Shown: positions 1 through 9,583 of the stretch, piece by piece | Position numbering within the stretch: position 1 is the stretch's first letter | Layout: each line of letters begins with the position of its first letter | Source: Candidatus Omnitrophota bacterium | Lineage (GTDB): Bacteria > Omnitrophota > Gorgyraeia > 2-01-FULL-45-10 | Assembly (NCBI GenBank): GCA_041650935.1 | Contig: JBAZKH010000001.1 | Coordinates: forward strand, 411,337-475,336 | Length of the DNA: 64,000 bases | Direction of reading: 5' to 3' | Made by a program: the position numbers and the translations under genes | The notes under the pieces: generated by a model | Told to the model about the DNA's origin: nothing | The model's database searches: none | What the model saw: only the letters and a program-made list of their open reading frames with translations

Positions 1-3
1 CGC

Positions 4-675
4 ATGTATTACCGGCGGGGTTTGTATGAATTCGTTTTCCCAAAAGGCGTAAGATTTAAATGCCGCGAGAATATTGCCGACGATCTCCAGAGGTCCATCC
101 CCGGCTATCTTGCCGGATACAGGATAAAAGAGGGCGATACGATCGTCGATTGCGGGGCGTATATAGGTGAGTTTACATTATATGCCGCCCGGGCCGTCGG
201 CCTAAGGGGGCAGGTCATAGCGTTCGAGCCCGACCCGGTATTTTTCAGAAAACTGAAAGAGAATATATCCTTGAACGGCCTGAAAAATGTCCTTCTTGTA
301 GAGAAGGGCGTCTGGTCCAGCGAGGATAAGTTAAAGTTTTCCGGGGGATCCCAGAGTGGAAATCTATTCGCAGGCGGCCTGGACCATAATAAGCTTTCGT
401 GCGACGTCCTCGTCACCACGCTCGATGCCGAGCTTGGAAGAAATGGTGTCACAAAGGTCGACTTCATAAAGATGGATGTCGAGGGGGCCGAGGTGGAGGC
501 GCTTAAAGGCGCGCGTGCCATCATGAAAAGATATCATCCCCGGTTTGCCATAGCATCGTATCACGTGCTCTCCGGCAAGAAGACATGCGTGATGCTTGAA
601 AAGATGCTTAAGGATTCCGGGTACAGGACTGAAACATCTTACCCGCTGCATCTGACGACGTATGGATACAGGTAA
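4..675 (+). CDS. FkbM-family SAM-dependent methyltransferase (possibly 5'-partial at window edge)
   Basis: Translation resembles the FkbM methyltransferase fold (DCGAYIGEFTL... glycine-rich SAM motif, ~220 aa). The ORF begins 3 nt from the window start, so the N-terminus may be cut. Confidence 0.55.
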   Translation: MYYRRGLYEFVFPKGVRFKCRENIADDLQRSIPGYLAGYRIKEGDTIVDCGAYIGEFTLYAARAVGLRGQVIAFEPDPVFFRKLKENISLNGLKNVLLVEKGVWSSEDKLKFSGGSQSGNLFAGGLDHNKLSCDVLVTTLDAELGRNGVTKVDFIKMDVEGAEVEALKGARAIMKRYHPRFAIASYHVLSGKKTCVMLEKMLKDSGYRTETSYPLHLTTYGYR

Positions 676-687
676 GATTCGGGCGGA

Positions 688-1239
688 TTATTTTACTGCC
701 AGGCTGGTCACGGAGATTATGCGGGCCTCCCCGGCCCCAACGTTCCTGAAATGATGAGGCGCGGAAGAGTCGAAGTAGATCGTGTCGCCTGGACCAAGAC
801 TATACAATTCTTCGCCTATTTCTGCATCGATTTTCCCGTCCAAAAGATATACGAATTTCTCGATCCCGTGATTGCCTTCTTCCGTACCGGTCCGGGCGCC
901 TTTTGCCAGAGTTATCAAAAGCGGCAGCATGGCCTTGCCCTGGATGTTCGAGGCTAGTATTATCGATGAAGATCTTTTGTCGTGGACAGAAACCTTCCGG
1001 TCGGTTCCCTTAGGCTTTAATTCCAGAAGTTTTTTGGAAGAAGGGAGTTCTTTATAGAGGTCGGGAAGTACTATGCCGAGCGCCGCGCATATCTTTATGT
1101 GGGATTTCAACGTCCCGGTCATCTTCCCGTTTTCGATCCTGCTTAAGGTGGCCAGGGCAACGCCAGATTTTTCGGAAAGCTCGATCAAAGTCATCTGTTT
1201 CGCGGTGCGCAGCTTATGTATTATCTGCCCTACGTGCAT
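688..1239 (-). CDS. XRE-family HTH transcriptional regulator with C-terminal cupin domain
   Basis: N-terminal HTH (TLIELSEKSGVALATLSRIENGK) and C-terminal cupin-like beta region (GDTIYFDSSAPHHFRNVG). It is the only convincing minus-strand gene in the window. Confidence 0.65.
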   Translation of the reverse strand: MHVGQIIHKLRTAKQMTLIELSEKSGVALATLSRIENGKMTGTLKSHIKICAALGIVLPDLYKELPSSKKLLELKPKGTDRKVSVHDKRSSSIILASNIQGKAMLPLLITLAKGARTGTEEGNHGIEKFVYLLDGKIDAEIGEELYSLGPGDTIYFDSSAPHHFRNVGAGEARIISVTSLAVK

Positions 1240-1421
1240 AACGTTTTACTCCTCCAGATAATATAATTATACTTTCTTTTTGTTTTTTTGTCAAGTATCC
1301 GCATGGTTACAGCATGGTTAAGCAAAATACGGGTGTTAGGAATGAAAAACTGAGCATAGGCCGCCTTGTCTTTTTGCGGTAATATGGTATACTTACTTTT
1401 ACGCGAGACTAGGAAAAGGCT

Positions 1422-1847
1422 ATGTCAGAAAAAGTAGAGCTGGAGCGGCGCAGGCACCCAAGATACCCCATCTACTGCCCACTGGAATACAAGGCAGAGG
1501 ATGAGCGGCCTAAAGAGTCCTCTATAACCCTCAATATTTCGGAAGGCGGCGCGCTTATCTCCGCCAGGCGGGACCTGGAGATGGGCTCTAATATCATAGT
1601 AAAGATGAAACTGCGCGATGAGCTCTTCTTCATAATAGGCAAGATAAAACATGCCAGGCCCGGCGACACCATGGATACATACGAGATCGGCGTCGAATTC
1701 TGGGACAAACCCAGGACGTTCGCGAAAAATTTTCTTGCGGAGCTCGACGTTATAAAAGACTATCAAAAGCGATACAGAGAAGATGAGGGCGGCGAGATTT
1801 CGCTTGCCGAAGCTTCGCTGAACTGGTATAAAAACGCCTGGGAATAA
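1422..1847 (+). CDS. PilZ-domain (c-di-GMP binding) protein
   Basis: RRxxxR motif (RRRHPRY) and N-x-S-x-G-G motif (NISEGG) at PilZ spacing. ATG start confirmed. Confidence 0.6.
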   Translation: MSEKVELERRRHPRYPIYCPLEYKAEDERPKESSITLNISEGGALISARRDLEMGSNIIVKMKLRDELFFIIGKIKHARPGDTMDTYEIGVEFWDKPRTFAKNFLAELDVIKDYQKRYREDEGGEISLAEASLNWYKNAWE

Positions 1848-1886
1848 TCCTTTTTCGTTTACCCGCCGTATAGAGAATTAAAATCC

Positions 1887-1914
1887 TTGACAATATTTTT
1901 TTTGATGATATACT
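1887..1914 (+). promoter_or_regulatory. sigma70-like promoter upstream of marR (TTGACA-16-TATACT)
   Basis: TTGACA at 1887-1892, 16-nt spacer, TATACT at 1909-1914, about 45 nt upstream of the marR ATG. Confidence 0.5.
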
Positions 1915-1923
1915 TTACTTTGC

Positions 1924-1948
1924 TGATATTTAATATACTTAAATATCA
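1924..1948. promoter_or_regulatory. Perfect 10-bp inverted repeat TGATATTTAA-N5-TTAAATATCA; candidate MarR operator
   Basis: Perfect palindrome between the -10 box and the RBS (GGAGG at 1949) of the marR gene. MarR dimers typically bind such palindromes overlapping their own promoter. Confidence 0.5.
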
Positions 1949-1960
1949 AGGAGGTTAAGG

Positions 1961-2410
1961 ATGACCCATATGTCTTTATCGGAATTCGCGGACAAAGTTA
2001 CGGAAGTAATGCCGGTCATCATGCGGAAATTTGTTAAACAGCAGAGTGAAGAATTTTACAAGGTAAAAATAACTATCCCTCAGCTGGTTGTTCTCGATGT
2101 GCTTACCAGGGAGGATGAATTGAGGATGTCGGACCTGGCGCGGCTCATGAACGTAACTACAGCGGCGATGACAGGTATAGTAGATAGGCTCGTGAGAGAC
2201 GGCTATGTGACCAGAGAAAGCGATGCCGAAGACAGGCGCATTATTAAGGTAAGGCCGACCGCTAAGGGAAGCAGGATAGTTAAGTCAGCCGCTGAGCATA
2301 AGAAAGCAGTTATAATGAAGATATTCGGAGCTGTCTCGGATGCCGAACGGGCGGAATATCTGAGGATATTGATGCTCGTGCAGGACAGGATGAAAGACCA
2401 GAAAGATTGA
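1961..2410 (+). CDS. MarR-family transcriptional regulator
   Basis: Winged-helix MarR signature (LVVLDVL..., DRRIIKVRPTAKG). Strong RBS AAGGAGG upstream. Confidence 0.8.
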   Translation: MTHMSLSEFADKVTEVMPVIMRKFVKQQSEEFYKVKITIPQLVVLDVLTREDELRMSDLARLMNVTTAAMTGIVDRLVRDGYVTRESDAEDRRIIKVRPTAKGSRIVKSAAEHKKAVIMKIFGAVSDAERAEYLRILMLVQDRMKDQKD

Positions 2411-2415
2411 TTGTT

Positions 2416-3990
2416 ATGAAGAAGATAATGCTATTTATAATAACATGCGTGTTTATATTGAGCTGTAAGCCGGATGATGTACTGAGCGAGGGTACGCCTG
2501 TATCGGTAAAAAACCGCAAAGCTGTTAAAGCGGAGCCCTCCGGGCCGTCTGACGCGGCGCCAGCGCCTGCGCCTGTACCGGCATCGGCACCGGTGAGCGC
2601 GCCTGTCGAAGCGGCAACGGCTCTTATCAAAGCGGCCGCCGCGCCTGTGATCGAATACGCGCCGCAGGGAACAGGGCCGGAAGATGAGAAAGGGATGCCT
2701 GTTTACATGAGCGGCCCGGCGTATGGCGAAAAATTTGTCCCGCCGCCGCTATATCCGGAAGTTCAGGTACCGGGCGCGCTTACGCTCGCCGAGTGCTACC
2801 GGATGGCCCTTCTTCAGAGCGAAATTATCGCGATCAATGCCGATCTCATAAAAGAGGCCGACTCGCATTTCCTGGAGGCATTGTCGATATTGCTTCCTCA
2901 TATTTCTTTTGTTTCGCTGGATTATCAGGAGACAGTGCCGGATGATAAAGGCACGTCCATGGGATCGCTTAAGCCGCCCAGGAGCTCGACCAGGAACTTT
3001 AACGTAACCCAGACGCTCTTCAATGGGTTCAAGGCGATAGCGGGCATAAGGGGCGCGAAATACGAAAAGACCCAGCGCACGGATGAGAAGATAAGGGCCG
3101 AGCAGCTTCTTCTTGTCGACGTCGCCAATGCCTTTTATCTGTTAAAGGAGAAGAGGGAGGATCTTAAGGCGCTGGCCAAGACAAAGAAGGCTCTTACGAA
3201 CCGCGTCAAGGAGCTTATAGCCCGCGAGAAGCTGGGCAGGTCGCGGCCGAGCGAAGTCGTGAATGCAAAGACACAGCTTTACGGTGTAGAGGCTACAATA
3301 GAGGTTGTCAGGAGCCATGAGGTGCTGGCGCGGCAATTACTGGGGTTCCTGGTCGGCCAGCCGGTCGGCAAGATCGTCGATACATACACGTTCCCCATTA
3401 AGCTGATGCCGGAGGAATATTATATCTCAAAGGCGACCACGCGGCCGGACGTGGAGGCCGCCAAATTCGCATGGCAGCTGGCTAAAGAGAATATCAGGGT
3501 TGTGGAGAGCGATTTCCTTCCGGAGGTGAATTTCAACGGAAATTACTACACTCAGCGCACCGCCTTCGATAAGGGCACCGATTGGGACATCAGTCTTACC
3601 ATAGATGTGCCGATATTCGACGGCACGGAGGTCCTGGGCCGGTCCAAGACCGCTCACTTGCAGGCAGATGAGAAGATGCAGGACTATCACAGGACAAGGC
3701 GCCAGGCGCCATATGATATAAAGGATTCATTTGTGAGCCTTGTTACCGCCATGACGGTCCACGATACTTTAAGGAAGGCTTATTCCACGGCCAAACTCAA
3801 TTACTATCTGCAAAAGAAAGACTATGAGAGAAGCCTTGTCAATAACCTCGAAGTCCTCACGTCCATCCAGACGCTGGAGGACGCCGAGAGGAGTTATATC
3901 CATGCTTTGTACGAAGCCAAGCGCGAGTACTGGCAGCTGCGTGTCGCTATCGGCCAGAGCGGAACGGAGAGTTTGAATGACGCTTTCTGA
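2416..3990 (+). CDS. Outer-membrane efflux lipoprotein (TolC/OprM-type outer-membrane factor)
   Basis: Signal peptide with lipobox (FILSC), Pro/Ala-rich linker, then two TolC-like repeats. The ORF-track start at 2407 is a TTG; the first ATG is at 2416. Its stop overlaps the RND start. Confidence 0.7.
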   Translation: MKKIMLFIITCVFILSCKPDDVLSEGTPVSVKNRKAVKAEPSGPSDAAPAPAPVPASAPVSAPVEAATALIKAAAAPVIEYAPQGTGPEDEKGMPVYMSGPAYGEKFVPPPLYPEVQVPGALTLAECYRMALLQSEIIAINADLIKEADSHFLEALSILLPHISFVSLDYQETVPDDKGTSMGSLKPPRSSTRNFNVTQTLFNGFKAIAGIRGAKYEKTQRTDEKIRAEQLLLVDVANAFYLLKEKREDLKALAKTKKALTNRVKELIAREKLGRSRPSEVVNAKTQLYGVEATIEVVRSHEVLARQLLGFLVGQPVGKIVDTYTFPIKLMPEEYYISKATTRPDVEAAKFAWQLAKENIRVVESDFLPEVNFNGNYYTQRTAFDKGTDWDISLTIDVPIFDGTEVLGRSKTAHLQADEKMQDYHRTRRQAPYDIKDSFVSLVTAMTVHDTLRKAYSTAKLNYYLQKKDYERSLVNNLEVLTSIQTLEDAERSYIHALYEAKREYWQLRVAIGQSGTESLNDAF

Positions 3991-6900
3991 CCTGTCGATT
4001 AAAAATCCTGTATTCGCATGGATGCTGATGGCGGCTCTCATCATATTCGGTATCATAAGCTATACCCGGCTGGGTGTGGGCCAACTCCCGGACGTCGACT
4101 TCCCGATAGTTACCATAAACCTGACGTGGGAAGGCGCGGCGCCCGAAGTCATGGAGACGGACGTTGTAGACGTGGTAGAAGACTCGCTTATGAGCATCCA
4201 GGGCGTGCGCGAGGTGTCGTCATCTATGCGGCAAGGCGCCGCGACGATTACGGTCGAGTTCGATCTGAGCAGGAATATAGATGTAGCCGTCCAGGATGTG
4301 CAGGCTAAGATAGACCAGGCCCAGAGGTCGCTCCCGAAAGATCTCGATCCTGCCATAATAACTAAGGTCAACCCCGAGGACCATCCTATAATTATGCTTG
4401 CCGTATCTTCTTCGACGATGCCGGTTAAGGACATAATGACGTACGTCAAGGATCATTTAAAGAACCAGTTTGCTACGATAGACGGTGTCGGCGATATATT
4501 TATGGGTGGATTTGTCGAGAGGAACCTGCGGGTGTGGGTCGATGCCGATAAACTGGAGGCCTATCAACTTACCGTCCAGGATGTTGTAGATGCTGTAAAG
4601 GCGGAGCATGAGGAGGTTCCCGCAGGCAGGATCGAAACTCCCGCCAAAGAGTTTAACGTCAGGGTTATGGGCGAGGCGGTAACTACTAAAGAGTTCGAAA
4701 ATCTGCTTATACCAAAGCGCTCGGGACAGCCGATATTTACGCCGATTTATCTGAAAGAAGTCGCGTCCATAGAAGATGGGCTTTCCGACATACGAAGGAT
4801 AGCGCGGTCCAACAAACAGGCTACCGTGGCATTGGGCATCTTAAAACAGCGCGGCGCAAACGAGGTTGATGTAGCGCATAAGATAGTAGAGCGCCTGGAG
4901 GAGATTAACAAATTTAAACCCAAAGATATCGAGATAGGCGTCCGTTATAACCGGACCAAGTTCAGTGAAGACTCTATACGGGAATTGATCTTCACGCTCA
5001 TCCTTTCGGCTCTCGTTACGTCTTTAGTGTGCTGGTTCTTTCTCGGTTCCTGGAGCGCTACAATCAATATTCTACTTGCCATTCCGACATCGGTTCTCGG
5101 AACGTTCATAGTCATTTATTTCTTAGGATTTACACTTAATACGTTTACCGTCCTTGGGTTATCGCTTGCCATAGGTATAGTAGTCGACGATGCCATAATG
5201 GTCCTCGAAAATATTGTACGGTATCGCGAAAGGGGAGTCGATAAAGTTACGGCTGCCCGCCGCGGCGCAAAACAGATCACATTTGCCGCTCTTGCGGCGA
5301 CGATTGCGTTGATAGCCATATTCTTGCCCGTAGCGTTCATGTACGGCATTATAGGAAAATTCTTCTTCCAGTACGGCGTGACTATATCGGTAGCCGTTGC
5401 ATTGTCGCTTTTAGAGGCGCTTACGCTCGCGCCTATGCGATGTTCGCAATTTTTGGAGGTCGGCGCCCGTCATACATTTATAGGTAAGGGCGTGGATGCA
5501 GGCTTTAAGTCTCTGGCATCCGGTTATAAGTGGCTCCTGGATAAGGCGCTGGCTAAGAGGTTTTTTGTTGTCATGCTTGCTCTTATATTCTTTATAGGGT
5601 CGATCTTCTTTTTGGGAGCTATCCGCAAAGAGTTCATGCCTTCACAGGATATGAGCATGTTCATGTGCCGTCTCCAGACGCCTGTGGGATCATCCATTAC
5701 GCTTACCGACGAGCGTTTTAAAAAGGCCGAAGACTTTATTATGTCACGGCCGGAAGTGAAAGCGTACTTCTCTCTTATCGGCGGGTTTAGCGGCGGCGAG
5801 GTGAATTCCGGCGTTATGTTTGTGTCATTAATGGAGCCTAAGGAGAGGCCTGTAGTTCCTCCGGGTAAGCATCCGCTTTCGCAAGGCGAGCTTATGACCT
5901 TATTCAGGACGGAATTGAATAAGATACCTGATGTCAAAGCGACGATCCAGGATCTCTCATTGGCCGGTTTCTCGGCCCAGAGAGGTTTTCCCGTAGAGCT
6001 TTCTATACGTGGTCCGGATTGGGAAAAATTAGCGCAATATTCCGAAGAGATCCGCACAAAGATGGAGAAGTCGGATCTTGTCATGGACGTCGATACGGAC
6101 TTCCTGGCCAAAATTCCAGAGATACGCGTTACCCCGAACAGACAGAAGGCCGATGACAGGGGTGTTAGTGTAACGAATATAGGCAGTGCTATAAATGCCC
6201 TTATAGGCGGGGAAAGGATAGGTAAATATACTAAAGACGGGCGCCGCTACGATGTGCGAGTCAGGCTTATACCTTCGCAGCGCACCGAAAACGAGGACAT
6301 CGAGCGCCTGTGGGTGTGGAATAATAGAGGCGAACTGGTCCAGCTTAAAAACGTAGTCGATATAACTGAGAAGCTTACCCCTCTAACGATAACCAGGCGC
6401 AACAGGGAGCGGGCTATCACTATATTTTCTAACATCGCCCCCGGCAAATCTCAGACAGATGCGCTTAAGGAAGTGGAGAAGATAGCCAAGGGCGTTCTCC
6501 CGGAAGGTTACAGGGCAGTCTTTTCGGGTAGCACGCAAACCTTCAAAGAGTCATTCTCGAGCCTTTTGCTGGCATTCTGGCTTGGCATATTGATAGCGTA
6601 TATGGTGCTCGCTTCGCAGTTTAATAGTTACCTGCACCCGCTGTCGGTTTTAATTGCTCTTCCGTTTAGCATATCGGGCGCGTTTATAACTCTGTGGATG
6701 TTCAACCAATCGCTGAATATATATAGTATAATAGGTATCATACTTCTCATGGGCATAGTGAAGAAGAACTCTATACTGCTCGTCGACTTTACGAACCAGC
6801 AGCGCGAGGCGGGTCTTGAGGTACGTCCGGCACTATTAAAGGCATGTCCTATAAGGCTCCGCCCGATACTTATGACGTCTGTTGCTACGATCGCGGCAGC

Positions 6901-7120
6901 TGTTCCGCCCGCTTTAGCCATAGGCCCGGGCGCGGAGACCCGCATACCGATGGCTATCACGATCATAGGCGGTGTTATAGTCTCGACTTTCTTTACGCTC
7001 CTCGTCGTTCCCTGCGTTTATAGCCTATTCTCGAAGTTGGAACGTAAGCGTTATGATGTGAAGTTCGAAGAACTGGATGACAAGGACGGATCCGCTCTCG
7101 TTCAGAACGACGATATCTAA
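3977..7120 (+). CDS. RND family efflux transporter permease (AcrB/HAE-type, 12-TM)
   Basis: 1047 aa with typical AcrB N-terminus (NPVFAWMLMAALIIFGIISY...LPDVDFP) and two large periplasmic loops between TM bundles. Confidence 0.85.
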   Translation: MTLSDLSIKNPVFAWMLMAALIIFGIISYTRLGVGQLPDVDFPIVTINLTWEGAAPEVMETDVVDVVEDSLMSIQGVREVSSSMRQGAATITVEFDLSRNIDVAVQDVQAKIDQAQRSLPKDLDPAIITKVNPEDHPIIMLAVSSSTMPVKDIMTYVKDHLKNQFATIDGVGDIFMGGFVERNLRVWVDADKLEAYQLTVQDVVDAVKAEHEEVPAGRIETPAKEFNVRVMGEAVTTKEFENLLIPKRSGQPIFTPIYLKEVASIEDGLSDIRRIARSNKQATVALGILKQRGANEVDVAHKIVERLEEINKFKPKDIEIGVRYNRTKFSEDSIRELIFTLILSALVTSLVCWFFLGSWSATINILLAIPTSVLGTFIVIYFLGFTLNTFTVLGLSLAIGIVVDDAIMVLENIVRYRERGVDKVTAARRGAKQITFAALAATIALIAIFLPVAFMYGIIGKFFFQYGVTISVAVALSLLEALTLAPMRCSQFLEVGARHTFIGKGVDAGFKSLASGYKWLLDKALAKRFFVVMLALIFFIGSIFFLGAIRKEFMPSQDMSMFMCRLQTPVGSSITLTDERFKKAEDFIMSRPEVKAYFSLIGGFSGGEVNSGVMFVSLMEPKERPVVPPGKHPLSQGELMTLFRTELNKIPDVKATIQDLSLAGFSAQRGFPVELSIRGPDWEKLAQYSEEIRTKMEKSDLVMDVDTDFLAKIPEIRVTPNRQKADDRGVSVTNIGSAINALIGGERIGKYTKDGRRYDVRVRLIPSQRTENEDIERLWVWNNRGELVQLKNVVDITEKLTPLTITRRNRERAITIFSNIAPGKSQTDALKEVEKIAKGVLPEGYRAVFSGSTQTFKESFSSLLLAFWLGILIAYMVLASQFNSYLHPLSVLIALPFSISGAFITLWMFNQSLNIYSIIGIILLMGIVKKNSILLVDFTNQQREAGLEVRPALLKACPIRLRPILMTSVATIAAAVPPALAIGPGAETRIPMAITIIGGVIVSTFFTLLVVPCVYSLFSKLERKRYDVKFEELDDKDGSALVQNDDI

Positions 7121-7151
7121 TCGTCTTATTTGTGTAATAATAAAATTCTTC

Positions 7152-7180
7152 TTGACAAAAAATTAAATAAGTGATATCCT
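7152..7180 (+). promoter_or_regulatory. sigma70-like promoter (TTGACA-17-TATCCT)
   Basis: Consensus -35 with a degenerate -10 upstream of the BNR-repeat gene. Confidence 0.35.
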
Positions 7181-7276
7181 GCGCCTCTTAATGAGGTAGT
7201 CCCTCGCTGTGGGAGTAAGATGACAGCAGTTTGGGACGATTTGTTAGAGTTAAATAATTACAAATCGGAGGATATC

Positions 7277-8899
7277 ATGTTCAATAAGACCGCAGTTACT
7301 GTGCTCGCCATAGTTTTTCTGGCCGGATCAGGCTATTCTCAGGAGATAGGGGTGGGTAAGGACGGCAACATAAGGAACGTCGATGCCCGCGCTATGATAA
7401 TAAAGGAAGACGGCGCGTATCTTGCCACCAGAACAGGCCTATACAGATCGATAGATATCGCGCAACCCGACAGGTGGGAAGAGGTCTTTTTGCTTCCGCC
7501 GGGTGAGAACGAGATAACTGCGCTAGCCGGCCACGGGCGTACGATATTATTAGGTACGCGGCGCGGACTCTTCCGGTCAGACGACGGGGGCCAGGGCTGG
7601 CGCAACGTATTCAGGACGATAATCCCGGAGAAGAATAATATCCTTTCGATAGATATATCCCGTTACAACCCGAAAAAAGTTGTCATCTCCACGGTCAAGG
7701 GCCTCTTCTTAAGCGAGGATTTTGGCCTGAAGTGGCAGGATATAAGCGCAAATCTCAGGAATAAACGGATAAAGTGCGCTGCGCTTAATAAAGATGTTAT
7801 CTATGCGGCAGGCGGCGAGGGGCTATATATAAGGAAGGCGGGTGAGGCGGCGTGGGAGAGGATATATGTCGATAGCGTGCCGGAAAGCGCCGTCAATGAC
7901 TCTTCCGGAGAGGCGGTGGAGCCTGAAGAAGCCGAAGGGCAGCCGCGCGGCGTTAATTGCGTGACGATAAAAAAGACAAGGGTATATATAGGCGTAGATA
8001 AGGCCGCGCTCTATTCGGACGACGAAGGAAAGTCCTGGCGCGCGCTTCCGGGATGCGGACCGGCCGGGATAATCAACCATATACTCGTTTCAAGAAAGAC
8101 CGATAGCCTGTATTGCGCCACGACCAGAGGGGTCTTCGAGTTCGACGATAAAAAGAACGGCTGGTCCGAATTATATAAAGGGACGGACAAGGCGTTCAGT
8201 ATCACAAGCCTTCTATTTTGCAGTGACGATGAAAAGGCCCTGTGGTCGGTGGCGGAGAAGGGGTTGTATAAGATGGAACCCGGCCGATACGCGGCCGATC
8301 AATATATCGACCTGGAGAGGAACCTTAAATCCTTCAGGATAACCTTCGATAACGAGCCGACCTTCAGGCAATTACAGCAGGCGGCGATCAAATTCTCGGA
8401 TGTGAGCCCGGATAAGATAAGGGACTGGCATAGAGAGTCGAGGCTCAAGGCAATGGTGCCGAAAGTTTCGGTGGGAATGGGCAACGATCGCTCCTCTAAT
8501 ACCGAGATCTATACCAGCGCTACGCGGGACTATGCGGTGGTGGGGCCGGAAGACTATTCCAGTAATCTCGACTTTTCAGTATCCTGGGACCTTGGTAATC
8601 TCATCTGGAGCGACGACCAGACCAATATCGATGTGCGTTCGCGGCTCAATACCCAGCTTCGTAACGACATCCTCGATGATCTGCGGCGCGCGTATTACGA
8701 GCGCAAGCGCCTCCAGTTCGAGCTTATCGCGTCCCCGCCCAAAGACAGCCGGGCGCGTTTCGAGAGGGAGCTGCGTATCCAGGAACTGACACAGGCGATA
8801 GACGACCTTACCGGCAACTACCTGTCGGATAATATGAAGAAGGAGGGGGGTGAAATGACAGCGGTTAGCGCTTGTAAAGATAGTAGCTTTAAGATATAA
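7277..8899 (+). CDS. Secreted BNR/Asp-box repeat protein (Ycf48/sialidase-like beta-propeller) with unique C-terminal region
   Basis: Signal peptide after MFNK. Repeated S-x-D-x-G-x-x-W Asp-box motifs (RSDDGGQGWRNV, LSEDFGLKWQDI, YSDDEGKSWRAL). The RBS GGAGG lies 6 nt upstream of the ATG at 7277; an upstream ATG at 7220 is less likely. Confidence 0.6.
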   Translation: MFNKTAVTVLAIVFLAGSGYSQEIGVGKDGNIRNVDARAMIIKEDGAYLATRTGLYRSIDIAQPDRWEEVFLLPPGENEITALAGHGRTILLGTRRGLFRSDDGGQGWRNVFRTIIPEKNNILSIDISRYNPKKVVISTVKGLFLSEDFGLKWQDISANLRNKRIKCAALNKDVIYAAGGEGLYIRKAGEAAWERIYVDSVPESAVNDSSGEAVEPEEAEGQPRGVNCVTIKKTRVYIGVDKAALYSDDEGKSWRALPGCGPAGIINHILVSRKTDSLYCATTRGVFEFDDKKNGWSELYKGTDKAFSITSLLFCSDDEKALWSVAEKGLYKMEPGRYAADQYIDLERNLKSFRITFDNEPTFRQLQQAAIKFSDVSPDKIRDWHRESRLKAMVPKVSVGMGNDRSSNTEIYTSATRDYAVVGPEDYSSNLDFSVSWDLGNLIWSDDQTNIDVRSRLNTQLRNDILDDLRRAYYERKRLQFELIASPPKDSRARFERELRIQELTQAIDDLTGNYLSDNMKKEGGEMTAVSACKDSSFKI

Positions 8900-8971
8900 T
8901 AAAATGTAATGATTACGAGAGGCCTTAATTTATCCTCCTTCGCAAAAAACCCCGAGCTTTCAAGCTCAGGG

Positions 8972-9424
8972 ATGAATGCGCAGGTCGCGGTAGGGACGAA
9001 CGTCGAATTACAGGGTTTTCTGCTTCGGAGGATTCCGCCAACAGGCGAATGGAAACCCCGGCCTTTAGGCTGGAGAGCTTCATTACGAATAGCGGTAGCT
9101 TTTATAGCCATCTTAGCTGCGGCGATGCCGTGTGCGGGTGAGGATGAGGGCGATAACGGGACCATCTATGCCGTTCAGGGCGAAATAGCGTCTCTGGATA
9201 CGGTTGGAGGGGTTATTGTAGTGAGGTGGCTTGAAAGTGATCCTATAATCGCTACCAATGAAGTTACTCTTAAGGTGCCGGAGGACCTGAAGATCGTGAA
9301 GGGGGCCGATACTATAGGTCTCGAAGATATAAACCAGTTCGACCGGGTATCGGTCCAGTATCGCAAGACTAAAGCCGGGGAATTACCCGTAGTTGTAGAG
9401 ATGACGATCAAAAGCGCCGATTAG
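8972..9424 (+). CDS. Hypothetical secreted/membrane-anchored protein (start uncertain)
   Basis: C-terminal ~100 aa look globular and beta-rich, following a hydrophobic segment (IAVAFIAILAAAMPCAG). There is no ATG/GTG/TTG immediately before the hydrophobic segment; in-frame ATGs lie at 8909 and 8972. Confidence 0.3.
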   Translation: MNAQVAVGTNVELQGFLLRRIPPTGEWKPRPLGWRASLRIAVAFIAILAAAMPCAGEDEGDNGTIYAVQGEIASLDTVGGVIVVRWLESDPIIATNEVTLKVPEDLKIVKGADTIGLEDINQFDRVSVQYRKTKAGELPVVVEMTIKSAD

Positions 9425-9435
9425 CCACTTTTTTC

Positions 9436-9463
9436 TTGACAAAAGCGCATAAATCCGTATAAT
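9436..9463 (+). promoter_or_regulatory. Consensus sigma70 promoter (TTGACA-16-TATAAT) upstream of polA
   Basis: Exact -35 and -10 hexamers; polA ATG at 9584. Confidence 0.55.
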
Positions 9464-9583
9464 TTAGTCTATTAATATTTGATCTTTCCTTTCTTTTTAA
9501 GCAATTCGAAAGATAACTTAATCCCAAAAATAAAATGTCGAAGAGTTCCTGCAATATTCTGACCCTATAAGGCTTGCCGTGTA

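Noticed and set aside
2407-2415. ORF-track start codons at 2407, 13698, 20413, 32993 and 58642 that translate as M.
   Set aside because: Checking the nucleotides shows these are TTG or GTG codons chosen by the ORF finder. Better-supported ATG starts with RBS lie downstream (2416, 13761, 33023, 58678). The exception is rnhB, where TTG at 20413 remains the only candidate.
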